NCBI GenBank assembly: GCA_964247055.1
Contig: OZ176055.1
Location: 7,502,001-7,566,000, forward strand
Length of the DNA stretch: 64,000 nucleotides
Direction: 5' to 3'
Source: Paragordius varius
Lineage: Eukaryota; Animalia; Nematomorpha
Position numbers and translations under genes: made by a program
The notes under the pieces: generated by a model
What the model saw: only the letters and a program-made list of their open reading frames with translations
The model's database searches: none
Told to the model about the DNA's origin: nothing
Part shown: positions 52,268 through 64,000 of the stretch, in pieces
How the letters are laid out: each line of letters opens with the position of its first letter
Numbering within the stretch: the first letter of the stretch is position 1

Positions 52268-55200
52268 TTATCCATATGAGTGTTGATGAGTGGAAGCACC
52301 ACTTAGGCTTGAGAGAGTCGTTATTTGATAATCGGAATTTACCCATAAGGGAGATTCGAAAGAATTTAATCGCATTCGAAAACTATTAGTGGCTTCGGAT
52401 TGGTTGCTTGATTGATTTTCCTCTCGACGCATCACTCGGTATGTCACGAAACCCAAAAGAGTGATAGCAAATGCCACACCTTTGTATGACAAAAATAAAC
52501 TTACAAACATTCCACCCTGTTTAATTTATATTAATTAAATATTTACCAATTATTATGGTAATTTTGAACCAGGAATTCAGGGATTTTTTTAAGGGTCCGA
52601 CTCCTTTGTATCTTTGTAACACCTCGCTACCTATTACATCATCATTGTCAGCTTGATTTATATTATTTAACGTTTTTTTTGGAGTTTGTGAATAGTTTGT
52701 TGCCATGATATTTGACGATGTTTGCGATAATTGCATCCCAGTTGTGTTGTATAAAATGCTTAATGAATGATGATTTGCTTGTGTGGAGAAGTCGATATGA
52801 TTTACAGAATGTAAGGTTCGTGCCATTTTTCGCAAAATATTAGTATCTTTTTTTGTGGTTTTTGATGGGGACGTTACGTTAGTTAATTTATTTTTGATTT
52901 GTTTGATGAAATCATTTAATGCAATCCCTTTTGAATTAATAGGAGAATGACATCTAAGCTATTGGGAAAATAAAAATTCATGTGCCTTTGTAAACGAAAA
53001 AATTTCAATTATTATCATACATCTACTTAAAAATTAGCATATGGTTGTACAATAGCGTATGGCATAAAACAATGTTAGTCCATAAAAGAATAAAAAAATA
53101 TTTTTTTAAAAAAAATAACAACCCTAGTAGTATATACATGTATCCATATATCCGCTTGTTTTTTAAAAAAAATGTTTATTCTTTTGTGGACTAATATTGT
53201 TTTATGCCATACGCTACTGTAGGAATTTCCAAAAGCGTTACGCTGGTTTGTTTTCCAATATGTTTATTTTATTCAAATGTTAGAACGTTTGTAAAAAAAA
53301 GGTATTATATAAAATATTACCAGTAATGTTTTACTAAAAACTTTTTACATTTTTGATTCATCAAATATAAGTAATACTCGATTAAACTTTGAAATACTCA
53401 GGGTTTTGGTAGTCATTGAATAATAATTGATTAATTCGATTAATGGTTCAATCCTGTCCTTTTTACAATCCCAGATGTTGCCCTTCAAATTTATTTGATT
53501 GAGTTTTGGAAACATTTGTAAAAAATATCTTGGTAGACTTGTTAAATGGTTATCTTTCAAATCGATCCTTTGAAGTTTGGGAAATGAAACATGTTCATTG
53601 CCAGATAAGAACAAATGTCGAACAATTTTGGGACTTGCTGATAAGTACAGGTGCTATAAATATATTAATACCCCTTTAAGTAGTAATGGATGGGTAAGGT
53701 GACCAGACGTCCCGCTTTTGGCGGGACAGTCCCGCTTTTTCACACTTTGGCCCGCGTCCCGCTGCGTTTTAGAAATATCCCGCTTTTTCACGATTATATA
53801 AAATTAAATTTTTTAAATACATTAAAATTTTTTATAAAAAATTTATTTTTCGTTGGGTATGTAGCGCATATAACACACAACGCTATTCAAACAGCTGCTG
53901 ATTTGTTATCCCTAGATGTGGAAAATGTAGTTGTTAAGGTATATTCCTATTTTTATATACACGGTGCGCGTTGAAACGCCTAAGAAATTCTGTGCAAATG
54001 CAGAAGTTCAATATTAAAAAATGCTTGATATTGTAAAACTCGTTGGTTTGCTCTTCTGCCAGCTATCGAAAGAATTTTTAAAAATGATCTTTTAAAATCC
54101 TAATTTTTTATCACAGGACAAATGTCCTACAACTTTGGAAAAGTTTTTTGAAAGTGATTCTTCAATATGGTTAGAGTTCCTACATAATCAAGCTTTTCTC
54201 TTTCATGTTAAATTGATAGAAAGTGACAAAACTTCGGCCATCGAAGTAGCCAATGAAGTTAACCTAAAATTCCAATGTCAAGAAAGGTCATAAAATAATT
54301 TTATACCAGTAACCATCCGCAATATTATAAATAATTTAAAAAAACAAGGCTTAATAAAACGCCAAGATATCCTGTACCATTAAAAATGTTTCATACAAAC
54401 TGTAAAGATTATTGGAAGACTGGACGGTGCAATTTAATGAAATTGATCATTTTCATTGGATAACATTAAAACCAGAATTTAATTGGTGCCATGTTCAAAA
54501 ATCATTTCTGCATCTCCCAAAAATTCCCAAAAAGTAACCTTTCAGAAAATATCTTTTTTCTAAAGTATCATTAGTTATAAAATATATTAATAATGAAAAA
54601 CTTAAATTATGGACAACAGAAAAAAATACAGTAGAAAAGAAATAGTTAGAAATATTTCATCATTTTGAAACAAACTATGTTCCATACAATATTTTAAAAA
54701 TTGTAGAATTACAATTATCTTTACGTGGAACCAACGCTGCTACTGAGCGCGTTTTTTCCACAGTAAATCAGATGTGGACATCGGAAAAGTCAAATTTAAA
54801 TGTTGAAACTTTACCATTTTTTCTGTCAAATATAATTTGACAAATTCTTGTGAAATCTACTATAAAATGATGACAATCTGCTAAAACGCATTCACTCAAA
54901 TAAAAAATATACCAAGGAATTAAATATTTTTTTATATTTATCATGTATTTGTGTTAAAATTAAAAATAAATAAATACTGCAATAAATTTTTTGTATAAAA
55001 ATTTTTGGTTGTACCACCTCATAACCCCCCCCCTCTCAGATTTGTCCCGCTTTTTCCTTCAAAAAATCTGGTCACCTTATGGATGGGTAATGGCAAAATC
55101 CAGAAAGTTTAAAATAAAAAATAAATGAAAAGTTAAAGCTAAGATTTATAAAAAGTATGATTTATGCTGGCCTATGTTTTTATTGGTCCGATCACAGTAG

Positions 55201-57731
55201 TGTATGGGAAAAATATCAAATGTTGATATTAAACATTTCTTTCATATCTAACATTACTTTATTAATTAAATATATATACTATTTCTAATTAAGTTTTGGA
55301 ACCCTATCTAAAATACTACCTCTAAATTTTTGGAAACTGCTTGAAAGATATTTGCATTAGAGGACATCGTTTTTGTAAGAAGAGACGAGTTTGCAATATT
55401 TTTGTTCATTTTATAACCTAGGCGATCAACAAAAGTATATGGGGTGGCGCCTGATATCTCCTCCATCTCATCATCATAATATATTTCTAAGGTTATACCA
55501 GAATCATATAGTTTATCTTTTAAGTCGTGCATAGGATCAATCCATTGTTGACCAATGTTTGTCATTTTAAGCGTCTGTAAATTGTGTAAATGGCCTAGAA
55601 AATTGGTTTCTGTTACTTGAAAAGTATTGTTTGATAGCGTAAGGTGTGATAGATTAGGAAAGCAAGAAAATTGATTATCATACAACAAGCTGATAAGATT
55701 TTGCGCTAAATTAAGGGTTGACAAATTGTAATGGATGTATTCTTTTCCATTTGGTTTCCATATTTCATAAATTAAATTTTTCACAAGTTGCAGGGTATTA
55801 AGCGTAGGGTAATTTGTTAATACCTTTGGCAAATCTATAATTGGTCCAATAATGTTGGCAGCTAAATCTAAAGACTTTAAGGATGCCGGTAAACTGGTGG
55901 GAAACTAAGAATATATTACTTTTCTTATTATATATTAATTTTAAATTATTAGTTCTCTTATTGTTATTATTTTCGAAAAGATTTTATTGAAATGGGGTAA
56001 ACACATCTAAATTAACAAATGTATTAGTTAATAAAATATATGGGATAAATGAACATATACTATTCGGAGTTTGTTTGCAGATAATTTTAGCGTTTCTAAT
56101 CGTCCATTAAACGCAAATGATGCATCAATATTTTGAATACCATTGTTGGTTAGGATTATTGTTTTAAGATAAGGATAAGCTAAGAAACCACTTTTTTCTA
56201 GTATATAATAAATTTAACATATTTATGAGTTGACGATTTTTAGGACAGAATTGATCAATTTCAATTAATAAAGTTCTATTATTTAAAATTAATTATGGTT
56301 GACAAAACTCATTTCCAATATGGTTGTATTAATATTTCTGTAATATAATTGATCTTTTATATTATGTGTCTGAGTGTTATGATAAGGTTTGATATGGAGT
56401 AATAAACACTTCATTGCCGCGCAAAATCCTCAAAATGACGGAATTATTAGATATATTATAAATAACACTACCGATATACATTCGCTTATTTTCACGATTT
56501 TTTTAGTATTAACCATGTGAGGTCTAAAAATATACCTAAATTTTAATATTTTTTTAAATATTTAATTAAGCTCTAACTGTGGACTAAAAAGTTTGATAAC
56601 AGCAAAATCAGAAAACAACAACTTAAATTTTAGTTAAGAATATAATTGCAACAAGTTGCCTTCCCGGAATCGGGTTTCATATGGTTTGAGTTTGCAATAC
56701 TAAAGTTAAAACAAATCGTCTCGCTGCATGCGTGTATATAAACGGGCACAAAAAACAAAAGCACCATAATCCGGATATATTTTCCTATCAGAAGCTATAT
56801 ATTTAATCAAAATATTTATTGTATTCCTCGATTTTATAGATTGAGTATGCAATTAAAATCTGCATATTTTTGCCTACTTGAAAAAATAATCAAAGTATTG
56901 TATTTTAGTTATTTTACCGAAAACATTGATATCGTTATGCCCTAAGTTAAGCATCACCAATGTTGGGGCTTTTAATGTGGGAATTCGATTTAAAAAATTA
57001 TGTGATAAATCCAAAATTCTCAAAGCGGTAAACTCGGTTTCCAATCTGAATGTATTTAGTTTATTTTTTGCCAATTTAATATTATTTAATTGTGATAGTC
57101 GACCAAACGAATATGGATTTACATCTGATATATTATTGCGATTTAAATTTAAATATCTGGAATCAAATAAAAATATAACTTTAAATGTTGCAAATTGAAT
57201 GTACCGTTCTCTAATACATTGATTTCATTATCTTCTAATGAAATGGTAGCTAGATTTTTCATATTAGCAAAGATGCTGAATGGAAAATCCATAATTTTAT
57301 TATTGGAAACATCTAATGTTGTTAATTGCAAGTTCCCAAGTCCTATTTGTAAGATTTGTCAAGGATATAATATACCTGAAAGATTTCGTACTTCATTATT
57401 TATAATTTTTAACCATTTCAATGCCTTGAATGATGTTATTGATGAGAATATTTGTAAATTTGGCTCCAAAACATGATTGTTCAATAATTTTATAACTTTG
57501 GCATTGTTCGAAAAAATTTTCACAATAGTAAAATTATTAAATTTAAAATGATTTAATTCGACTACCGAATAAATATCTACATGTTATTTCCAATAAACTT
57601 GATATATTATTAAGGGCATTGGCATTAACTTCTCTTCCGTCGCAAACTAAATTTTCTCCACGGCACACGCATTTAAATGGACAAGAATATGAGATTTGAA
57701 ATAAAAGGGAGCATGCAACAAGAATTTTCAT
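52268..57731 (-). CDS. Single-pass leucine-rich-repeat transmembrane protein (signal peptide, LRRNT, multiple LRRs, LRRCT, TM, short tail; no TIR)
   Basis: Exons 57731-57581 (or 57599), 57561-57376, 57342-57180, 57156-56918, 56197-56061, 55904-55320, 53653-53378, 52958-52547, optional 52516-52505, then 52479-52268. Motifs CPFKCVCRGENLVC, repeated LxxLxLxxNxI, GNIWDC...LRCHSP, and TM ITIIIGVAFAITLLGFVTY followed by RVMRR. Confidence 0.9.
53695..55079 (+). mobile_element. hAT (Blackjack-like) element with decayed transposase, 1385 bp, in LRR-gene intron
   Basis: TIR TAAGGTGACCAGA/TCTGGTCACCTTA and a perfect 8-bp TSD TGGATGGG (53687-53694, 55080-55087). Subterminal GTCCCGC repeats. Remnants DVENVVVKVYSYF, TRWFALLPAIERI and GTNAATERVFSTVNQMW (hAT dimerisation motif) contain frameshifts and stops. 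Confidence 0.92.
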
Positions 57732-58955
57732 ATATATAAGATTTTCATAAAAAATCCAATAAAATATATTTTAATTCGATTTAAAATATATTGAATATAA
57801 ATAATTTATTTCATTTTCTATGCATATTTACAAAAAATATTTGGGTGTTTTATACAATGTTTAAATAACTCGTTTTTTTGTTTGCAAACGTATATATGTA
57901 AAATATATTTTTTGAATTTTATGTGCTGAAGATCAGATGCCAAAAATCGTTTCACAAATTTCCATGCGTAAAATTGATGTGAATCGGGTTTATTTTGTTT
58001 ACATTACCCTGTTACAGATATTTATATATTAAACTGTCAATATATATATATTATAGTGCCTATCGGTATTGAACATTTATTTTGTTCAACCAATTCGCTA
58101 TTAAAGTTCGGTTTAATTAGATTTTTATGGTTACATCTGCCCTTAAATAACCAGACCTAAAATTGATCAGTTTATCACCACAAAAAAACTATGCGAAGCC
58201 ATCCTAAATACCCCCAACTGTGTGAAAAACTAGATGGTTAAAGAAAAATTATTTAATTAATTTTCAATATTTCATTATTTTTTTAAGGATATATGATATT
58301 TCATTATTTTGGGCCCATTATGATGGATACGAAAACTAACCTTAGAAATTCAGGGCAAACTAAAGTTATAAACGATTAAATTTTACACTAGGACATGATT
58401 CAAAATCGAAAAAGTGCAGGATCATTAACATGAAGTTAATACTTTATAGGCGCTGTTATTTTGAAAAAAATTGGATTTAAAGCTATTTCCGAAAAAGCGT
58501 CTATGAACTTTCTAATTTAATACATTATGCATCATTTGGTGTTGCTCTAATAACTAACCAGCAATTAACCACGGGAGTTAGCTTATCCTGATGTGGAGCG
58601 GATAAAAAATGACAATAACTAACACACGTCCATCCATTCCGTTATTGGAGATATTCATTTAATAATATACATTTGGGTTTTCGTACAAGAATTATGTGTT
58701 TTCAGATTGTCTGACTTTTCCATAAATTTTATTTTAAGATTATGGACTATAATTGATTTTGTCGTTCCATGTTAAGGCTTTAAGGAAGAAAAATGGAATT
58801 TTATAGCCAAGGAGAATCATCCCCTCGTGATATGTAGCCGTAGAATATTTCTATTATTTCATTATAAATATGTTTATACATTGTAAGGTTCAAATATGGT
58901 CATAATTATTACAATTTTTCAATGATTGTATTATTGAGGATCATTTTATTTATAT

Positions 58956-60118
58956 CACTGTGTGCAAAAAAGAGGGTTAATTTTTTTAGCAAAAATTTTT
59001 TTTTCATGAGATAGCTTATAACCAGCGAATTCATTTGCCGCAAAAAATTTTATTGTTAACGACTTAGTTTTAGAAATATTGAGAGAATATCTAAATTGGG
59101 CAAAAAGTGAAAATTAATAATTAGGGATAATAAAAAATAATGATAAAACTTGAGATATTATAATTTATTATCATTTTAGCAGATATTTACAATTTATAAA
59201 TAGCCTAAAATCATATAGTTAGGGTTTTTATTAAAACTCAGATCAAAAAAATCGCCTTTTTCTTTTAACATAATTAAAAAAATTTTTATGAAGTTAAAAT
59301 AATTATTTTTAATTATTTAATAGCTTAACTGACTATTAAAATCTTAACATATACATTATTCAGTAAAAAAAATTTATATATTAAAATAAAACTAAAATAT
59401 TGTTTTTTATTTTTTCATTTTTTTGTCATCTGGTTTATGAGTGTCAAAAAATTTACTGTTTTATGGATCTTACATGAGCGGGAATTATAAAGTATATTAA
59501 TTTATGCAAAATAGGAGAAAAAAATGTGTAATATCAACCAACAATCCGCACAAATACTTGTAATAGTTGGTTTTAACACAAAATATTATTTTTACTGAAA
59601 TTCGTACGGATTTTTGGTTGATAATCCACTACTTGTGAATCCAATTTTACATTGAAATATATAAATAATTCCCGCTCATGTAAGATTCCAAATTAAACAT
59701 AAATTATATACTCATAAACCAGATGACAAAAAAATGAAATAATAAAAAAATATTTATTATTTTTGTTTTGTTATATAGTTTTTTACTAAATCAAATATGA
59801 ATGTTAAGATTATAGTGAGTTTAGCTAGTAAATAATTAAAAAAAATTATTTCATTTTGTCTTTTAAGTATTTAAAAAATGCGAGTTGTTGATCTGATTTT
59901 CATAAACCCTAACTCTATGATTGAGGTTATTTATAAATTGTAAATATCTGTTAAATGATAATAAACCATAATATGTTAAGTTATATACTTATTTTTATTA
60001 TTCTTTGATTTTCTCTCAATATTTTAAAAACTAGGTCGGCAACAAATAAAATTTTTTGCGGCGAATGAATTCGCTGGCCATAAGCTATCTCATGAAAATA
60101 ATTTTTTTGCACACAATG
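58956..60118. mobile_element. Long foldback element family C copy 2 (1.16 kb)
   Basis: Termini CACTGTGTGC/GCACACAATG, with mirror blocks such as ATGAGATAGCTTATAACCAGCGAATTCATT vs AATGAATTCGCTGGCCATAAGCTATCTCAT. Confidence 0.85.
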
Positions 60119-60820
60119 TATTTGACGGTGGGCGTTTCCTTAATAAACCCTCGTTAGGTATTAAATAATAACGCGTATATTCTCTTTTTCTAAGATCTAT
60201 TACCTCATATTAAATGGTCAAGAATATAATTTCAATTTACAAATCATGGCAAGGATTTGTGTAAATAATGTTATACTAACATTTACAACATACCCATATT
60301 TCAACTTAAAATTAAGAGGAGAAAACTATATGGTTTTATATGTCGCGATCTGAATAAAGATGTCATTTCTTAATAAATTAATTTTTATAACAAGCTATCT
60401 ATTATTATCTTTATTTAGACCATTATTGCACTCCTATTTATATTAGAATTCTCTTTGAAATTCATAGATTATTGATTTATATTGCTATATTTATTAAATG
60501 TTAATATATGTACATCACGTTGCAAAAAGCAGAGGAGTAATGTGCGCTTTATATATAGATATGTATGTGTTAATAATGTCAAATTTTTTATAACAGTAAT
60601 TATTATAATACTATGCTAATAAAAGCTAAATCTACACTGCTTAGATGCTATATTAATGTATTGGGTGTATCATTCAAAAGAGATATTTATCACCTATAAG
60701 TACTGTCATTTAAAGCATTACTTACAAAATACTTAAATCATTCAATAACTAGTAAATTAATTAATTGATTAATGTGCCCGATACCATATTATATAAATAT
60801 AAAAAAAATAAATGTAAAAT

Positions 60821-63233
60821 TTATCCAAGAGGTTTAAGTATAGTCGAATTAAAGGATGCCAATCTAAGCGTAAGAGTATTTTCATCGCTGTATAAAAGGG
60901 CTAAAATATCAGTGTGTAATGCATTACTGGCAAGTTTTCCATTTATTTCAACTATAACATCATTGATGGCAACAAGCCCACATTTATCGGCAGGTGATCC
61001 TGGAACTATACTCTATAAATTATAAAAAAATGCTATAAAGTCATTTGATAATTCGTTACTTTAGATGTTTTTTTTTAAATTTTTATGGCATTCAATCCTT
61101 TTTCTCCGACAAGATATGTTTGTTATATTTTCATTTAATATCTTTTATATCTTATACATAAACAACACCAATTAAAAACCACGCAAACTGTAATTTATCG
61201 TGTGGTTTATAAATTATTTTTTGGTTAATTTTTTTGCTTGCTTTACAGCAAAAAAGGTTAAATTTTCATTTGTATGACAATTATATTTTATCTTTTAAGA
61301 TAACATTCACATATACCAAAGCAAACAAAGTAAAAATTAGAAATTTAATTATATCTTTTTGGTCTAAAACTACCCTTAATTTTACTAGCCATAACGTTTA
61401 GAGATCAAACAAAACTGGATGAAAATATATCAATAATTGGCACAAAGTTTTTAATCGCATTTCAAAAAAGACGCAGATGCAAAGTAGAATGTGTTTTTCT
61501 ATAGCTTAGTTATAAGAACAAAGAAATACTTACAGATACTAAATGCTGTATAGTGTATCCCGAGTCAATAGCTGTTGGCAATGGACAACAGCTATGTTTT
61601 GTTTCATCCACAACACAATGTTTCTTGACATGTGGAAACTTTTGTGTTGTTGGGTGGTAAACTTTGACAGTTTTAATGCCTAACCCAAATCCACTTTTGT
61701 GGGACCGAGCTTTATTATTATGTTTAATTTTATTACAGAGTGGTGGTGGTGATGATGATGTCACATGGGGTTTAACCAATTTAACTGGCGGTTTAATACG
61801 TGTAATAAATGGGGGATACTTACAAGATTTGGTGATAAAGGTTGAAGAACTTTTGTACCAATTTGTATTGGTTTTATATTGATAACATTGTTGTATTACC
61901 TCGTCTCCATTATTTAATGCCGGATTATTACGATATTGATCTGATTCTTTCACGATATCGGGATGATAGGACAGCCGTCCACTATTAGGTACATGTATTA
62001 AAGGACATTTTGTGCGTTGAAACAAATTTGCTTTATTATGACTATTTATGTGTTTCGTTTCACCGGGCATTCGTTCACAAGATGTTGAGTGATGATTATT
62101 AGTTTTATCACCATAATACAATTTATTTAAATTTTTTGTTTCGGTGATACCCGTTGCGTGATTCGGAATGTTTTTAGTAGAGGCGGCAAAATAATGATTC
62201 GAAGAGTGGGGATGTCTCATTGACTGTGAATATTGTATTGTTGTAGTTGATTTGCGAAAACCCGGAATATCAATATTAGGCAACGGAGATACCGATGAAC
62301 GCGTCGTAAAACTTAACGGAGAGGGCTTAGGGAACCGAGTTAAAAATTTGGGTGAAGATTGGAAAAATATGTTTGGGTTCTGTGCGAACTTTCCTTCTTC
62401 CTTCCCACCATACGGGATAGATTTTGCGCTGGCCGTCGAATTGTGTTTATGGGGACTCACATAACAACCTTCATGCAGCACGAGTGGTGAAAGATTTGCC
62501 ATCTGGGGATATCGTTTATTCTTTGTCGAATTTAGTGGTGCGGCGGTACATTTGGAAAAACTGTAAGACTTTTTGTGCTGTGAATTATTCTGTCGTTGCA
62601 ACATATTACTTTGACATAGGTTGTCACTAGTATTTCTATTATCATGGGCAAACACAAATGTATTTTTATTATTTAAATTATTGTGGAAGGAACTGGTAAT
62701 ATTGTTATCCACATTATCATCCTCCAAATTACCTATATAAAATTTTTTGCGCACAGTATTTTTATCATTCACCTTTCTGTCTTTAGCCGTGCCACGTGTG
62801 AAAGAATTTGGTGTAGGAGTTGTTGTATTAACAGTAATCACATTAGAATTCGTTTTAAAAGTTTTAGAAGTGGCTGAAGAAAATTTCAAATTAGGATCGC
62901 ATTTATAATCAGGACTACACATGGTGGTTACTGCAAAAGTCGGTCCAAAGAATATATCGTTTGTTGTTAATGTTGGCTGTCCCTGTATGTATTGGTGCTT
63001 TGGAGTATCCCCCGATCTATTGGATAAACTTTTGGTAGAGGTATGATTATCTATTCCTTCAAATGTGGCAGTGATATCGCTTTTGTAAGGCTGATCGGAT
63101 GAACAGGGTGATGCCGGTTGTTGTAAGTGACTGGAAGATTTGGATAACAATTTGAGATAACTGGGCGAACTTGAAGCAAAATGTGGTAACATCAAACATG
63201 ATGTGTTGTTAATAAAGATTGTCTTATCATCAG
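60821..63233 (-). CDS. 3' part of a PDZ-domain protein, MAST-kinase-like (upstream exons beyond the window)
   Basis: Exons 63233-61534 (1700 nt, S/T/N/P-rich) and 61012-60821. The joined PDZ reads GFGLGIKTVKVYH...GYTIQHLVS|SIVPGSPADKCGLVAINDVIVEINGKLASNALHTDILALL...FNSTILK. This resembles the recalled MAST PDZ (GFTLRAIRVY..YTVHHMV..GGPA..HTEVVELI..ENTSIK). No kinase domain is visible in the window. Confidence 0.7.
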
Positions 63234-63252
63234 CTATATATGTATGTATAAT

Positions 63253-63594
63253 TATACCATTTACAATTCAATTTCACCCTTAAACAATTCAAATTCACCC
63301 TTTAACAATTCAAATTCACCCAACAATTCAAATTCACCCAACAATTCAAATTCACCCTCAAATAAAATATATGTTTTTATATATTTTTCAAAAATATTGT
63401 TTTAAATTAAAATAATACTGAATAAATAATAAACTATACCATAAACATATATTTCATATTGATAATGAGTTGTATTAGTTTGAAAACACATAATTTATTT
63501 TTAGGGTGAATTTGAATTGTTTAAGGGTGAATTTGAATTGTTCGAGGGTGAATTTGAATTGTTCAAGGGTGAATTTGAACTGTAAATGGTATAT
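63253..63594. mobile_element. MITE family A copy 3 (in intron of PDZ gene)
   Basis: TIR TATACCATTTAC/GTAAATGGTATA, with 4-5 tandem AACAATTCAAATTCACCC units per arm. Confidence 0.9.
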
Positions 63595-64000
63595 ATACAT
63601 ATTTTATGCAAAGTAAATAAATATCATTAATATGATCTTGTCCGAAAATTTAAATACAAATATAATTTGGTATATATATATGGTAATAAGAGACAAAAAG
63701 TAAACGATGTCTCTAATTTCGCCCAAAAAATATTCGCATTTTCGCTCAAATGGCTAACAATATTTATTATTTTTTTGCAAAGTAGTGAATAATTAAAATT
63801 TATTGAAATAAAATATTTTAAATCTTATTTGATAAAGGATCAGTAAGATCCGAAATATTTTATTTTACCAGAGTTTTTAGCAATTTATCTATAAATTAAA
63901 ACTCGTCCTCAAAATAATAAATTAAATAGTTAGAAATTTTTCTATATAATTTTGCGAAATATTTATTAGTCTCATTTTGACTATTTATATCTCAGGATTT

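Noticed and set aside
57562-57580. A possible 19-nt intron in the LRR gene
   Set aside because: An upstream donor giving a 37-nt intron restores the same frame, so the 19-nt size is not required.
58540-58900. Possible small plus-strand exons upstream of the LRR gene
   Set aside because: I could not build a phase-consistent open chain from them.
8345-62877. Antisense or alternate-frame ORFs in the track (8345, 8747, 10499, 21803, 24169, 29993, 40705, 56926, 57195, 60765, 61664, 62252, 62424, 62683)
   Set aside because: They overlap better-supported exons on the opposite strand or frame and show no motifs or splice logic of their own.
63260-63360. CRISPR-like short tandem repeats (AACAATTCAAATTCACCC)
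   Set aside because: There are no unique spacers, the repeats are mirrored on the other arm of a MITE, and the context is eukaryotic.

Overview
AT-rich (roughly 25% GC by eye) eukaryotic, almost certainly animal, genomic DNA. It uses the standard code and GT-AG spliceosomal introns; the species cannot be assigned from sequence alone. I rebuilt exon chains by hand, with reading phase checked across junctions, for ten genes or gene parts: a secreted CAP/CRISP-like protein (-); a ~753-aa protein with a paired-like/IS630-Tc1 transposase-type DNA-binding domain but no catalytic domain (-); a tight five-gene cluster of SELENOI/EPT1 (-), AGPAT (+), DELE1-like (-), COQ2 (+) and Asterix/WDR83OS (-); an orphan secreted protein (+); CUB-like exons (+); an LRR transmembrane receptor (-); and the 3' end of a MAST-like PDZ gene (-). 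Asterix and most of the DELE1-like gene are absent from the ORF track because tiny introns fragment them. Intergenic and intronic DNA is packed with MITEs, ~1.0-1.35-kb foldback elements, hAT derivatives and LINE remnants. The main signals are: (1) ten homology- or frame-supported introns of only 21-28 nt, coexisting with kb-sized, TE-filled introns; (2) two head-to-head gene pairs whose start codons are only 91 and 49 nt apart; (3) a candidate domesticated-transposase transcription factor. All family assignments come from recalled motifs, not database searches.
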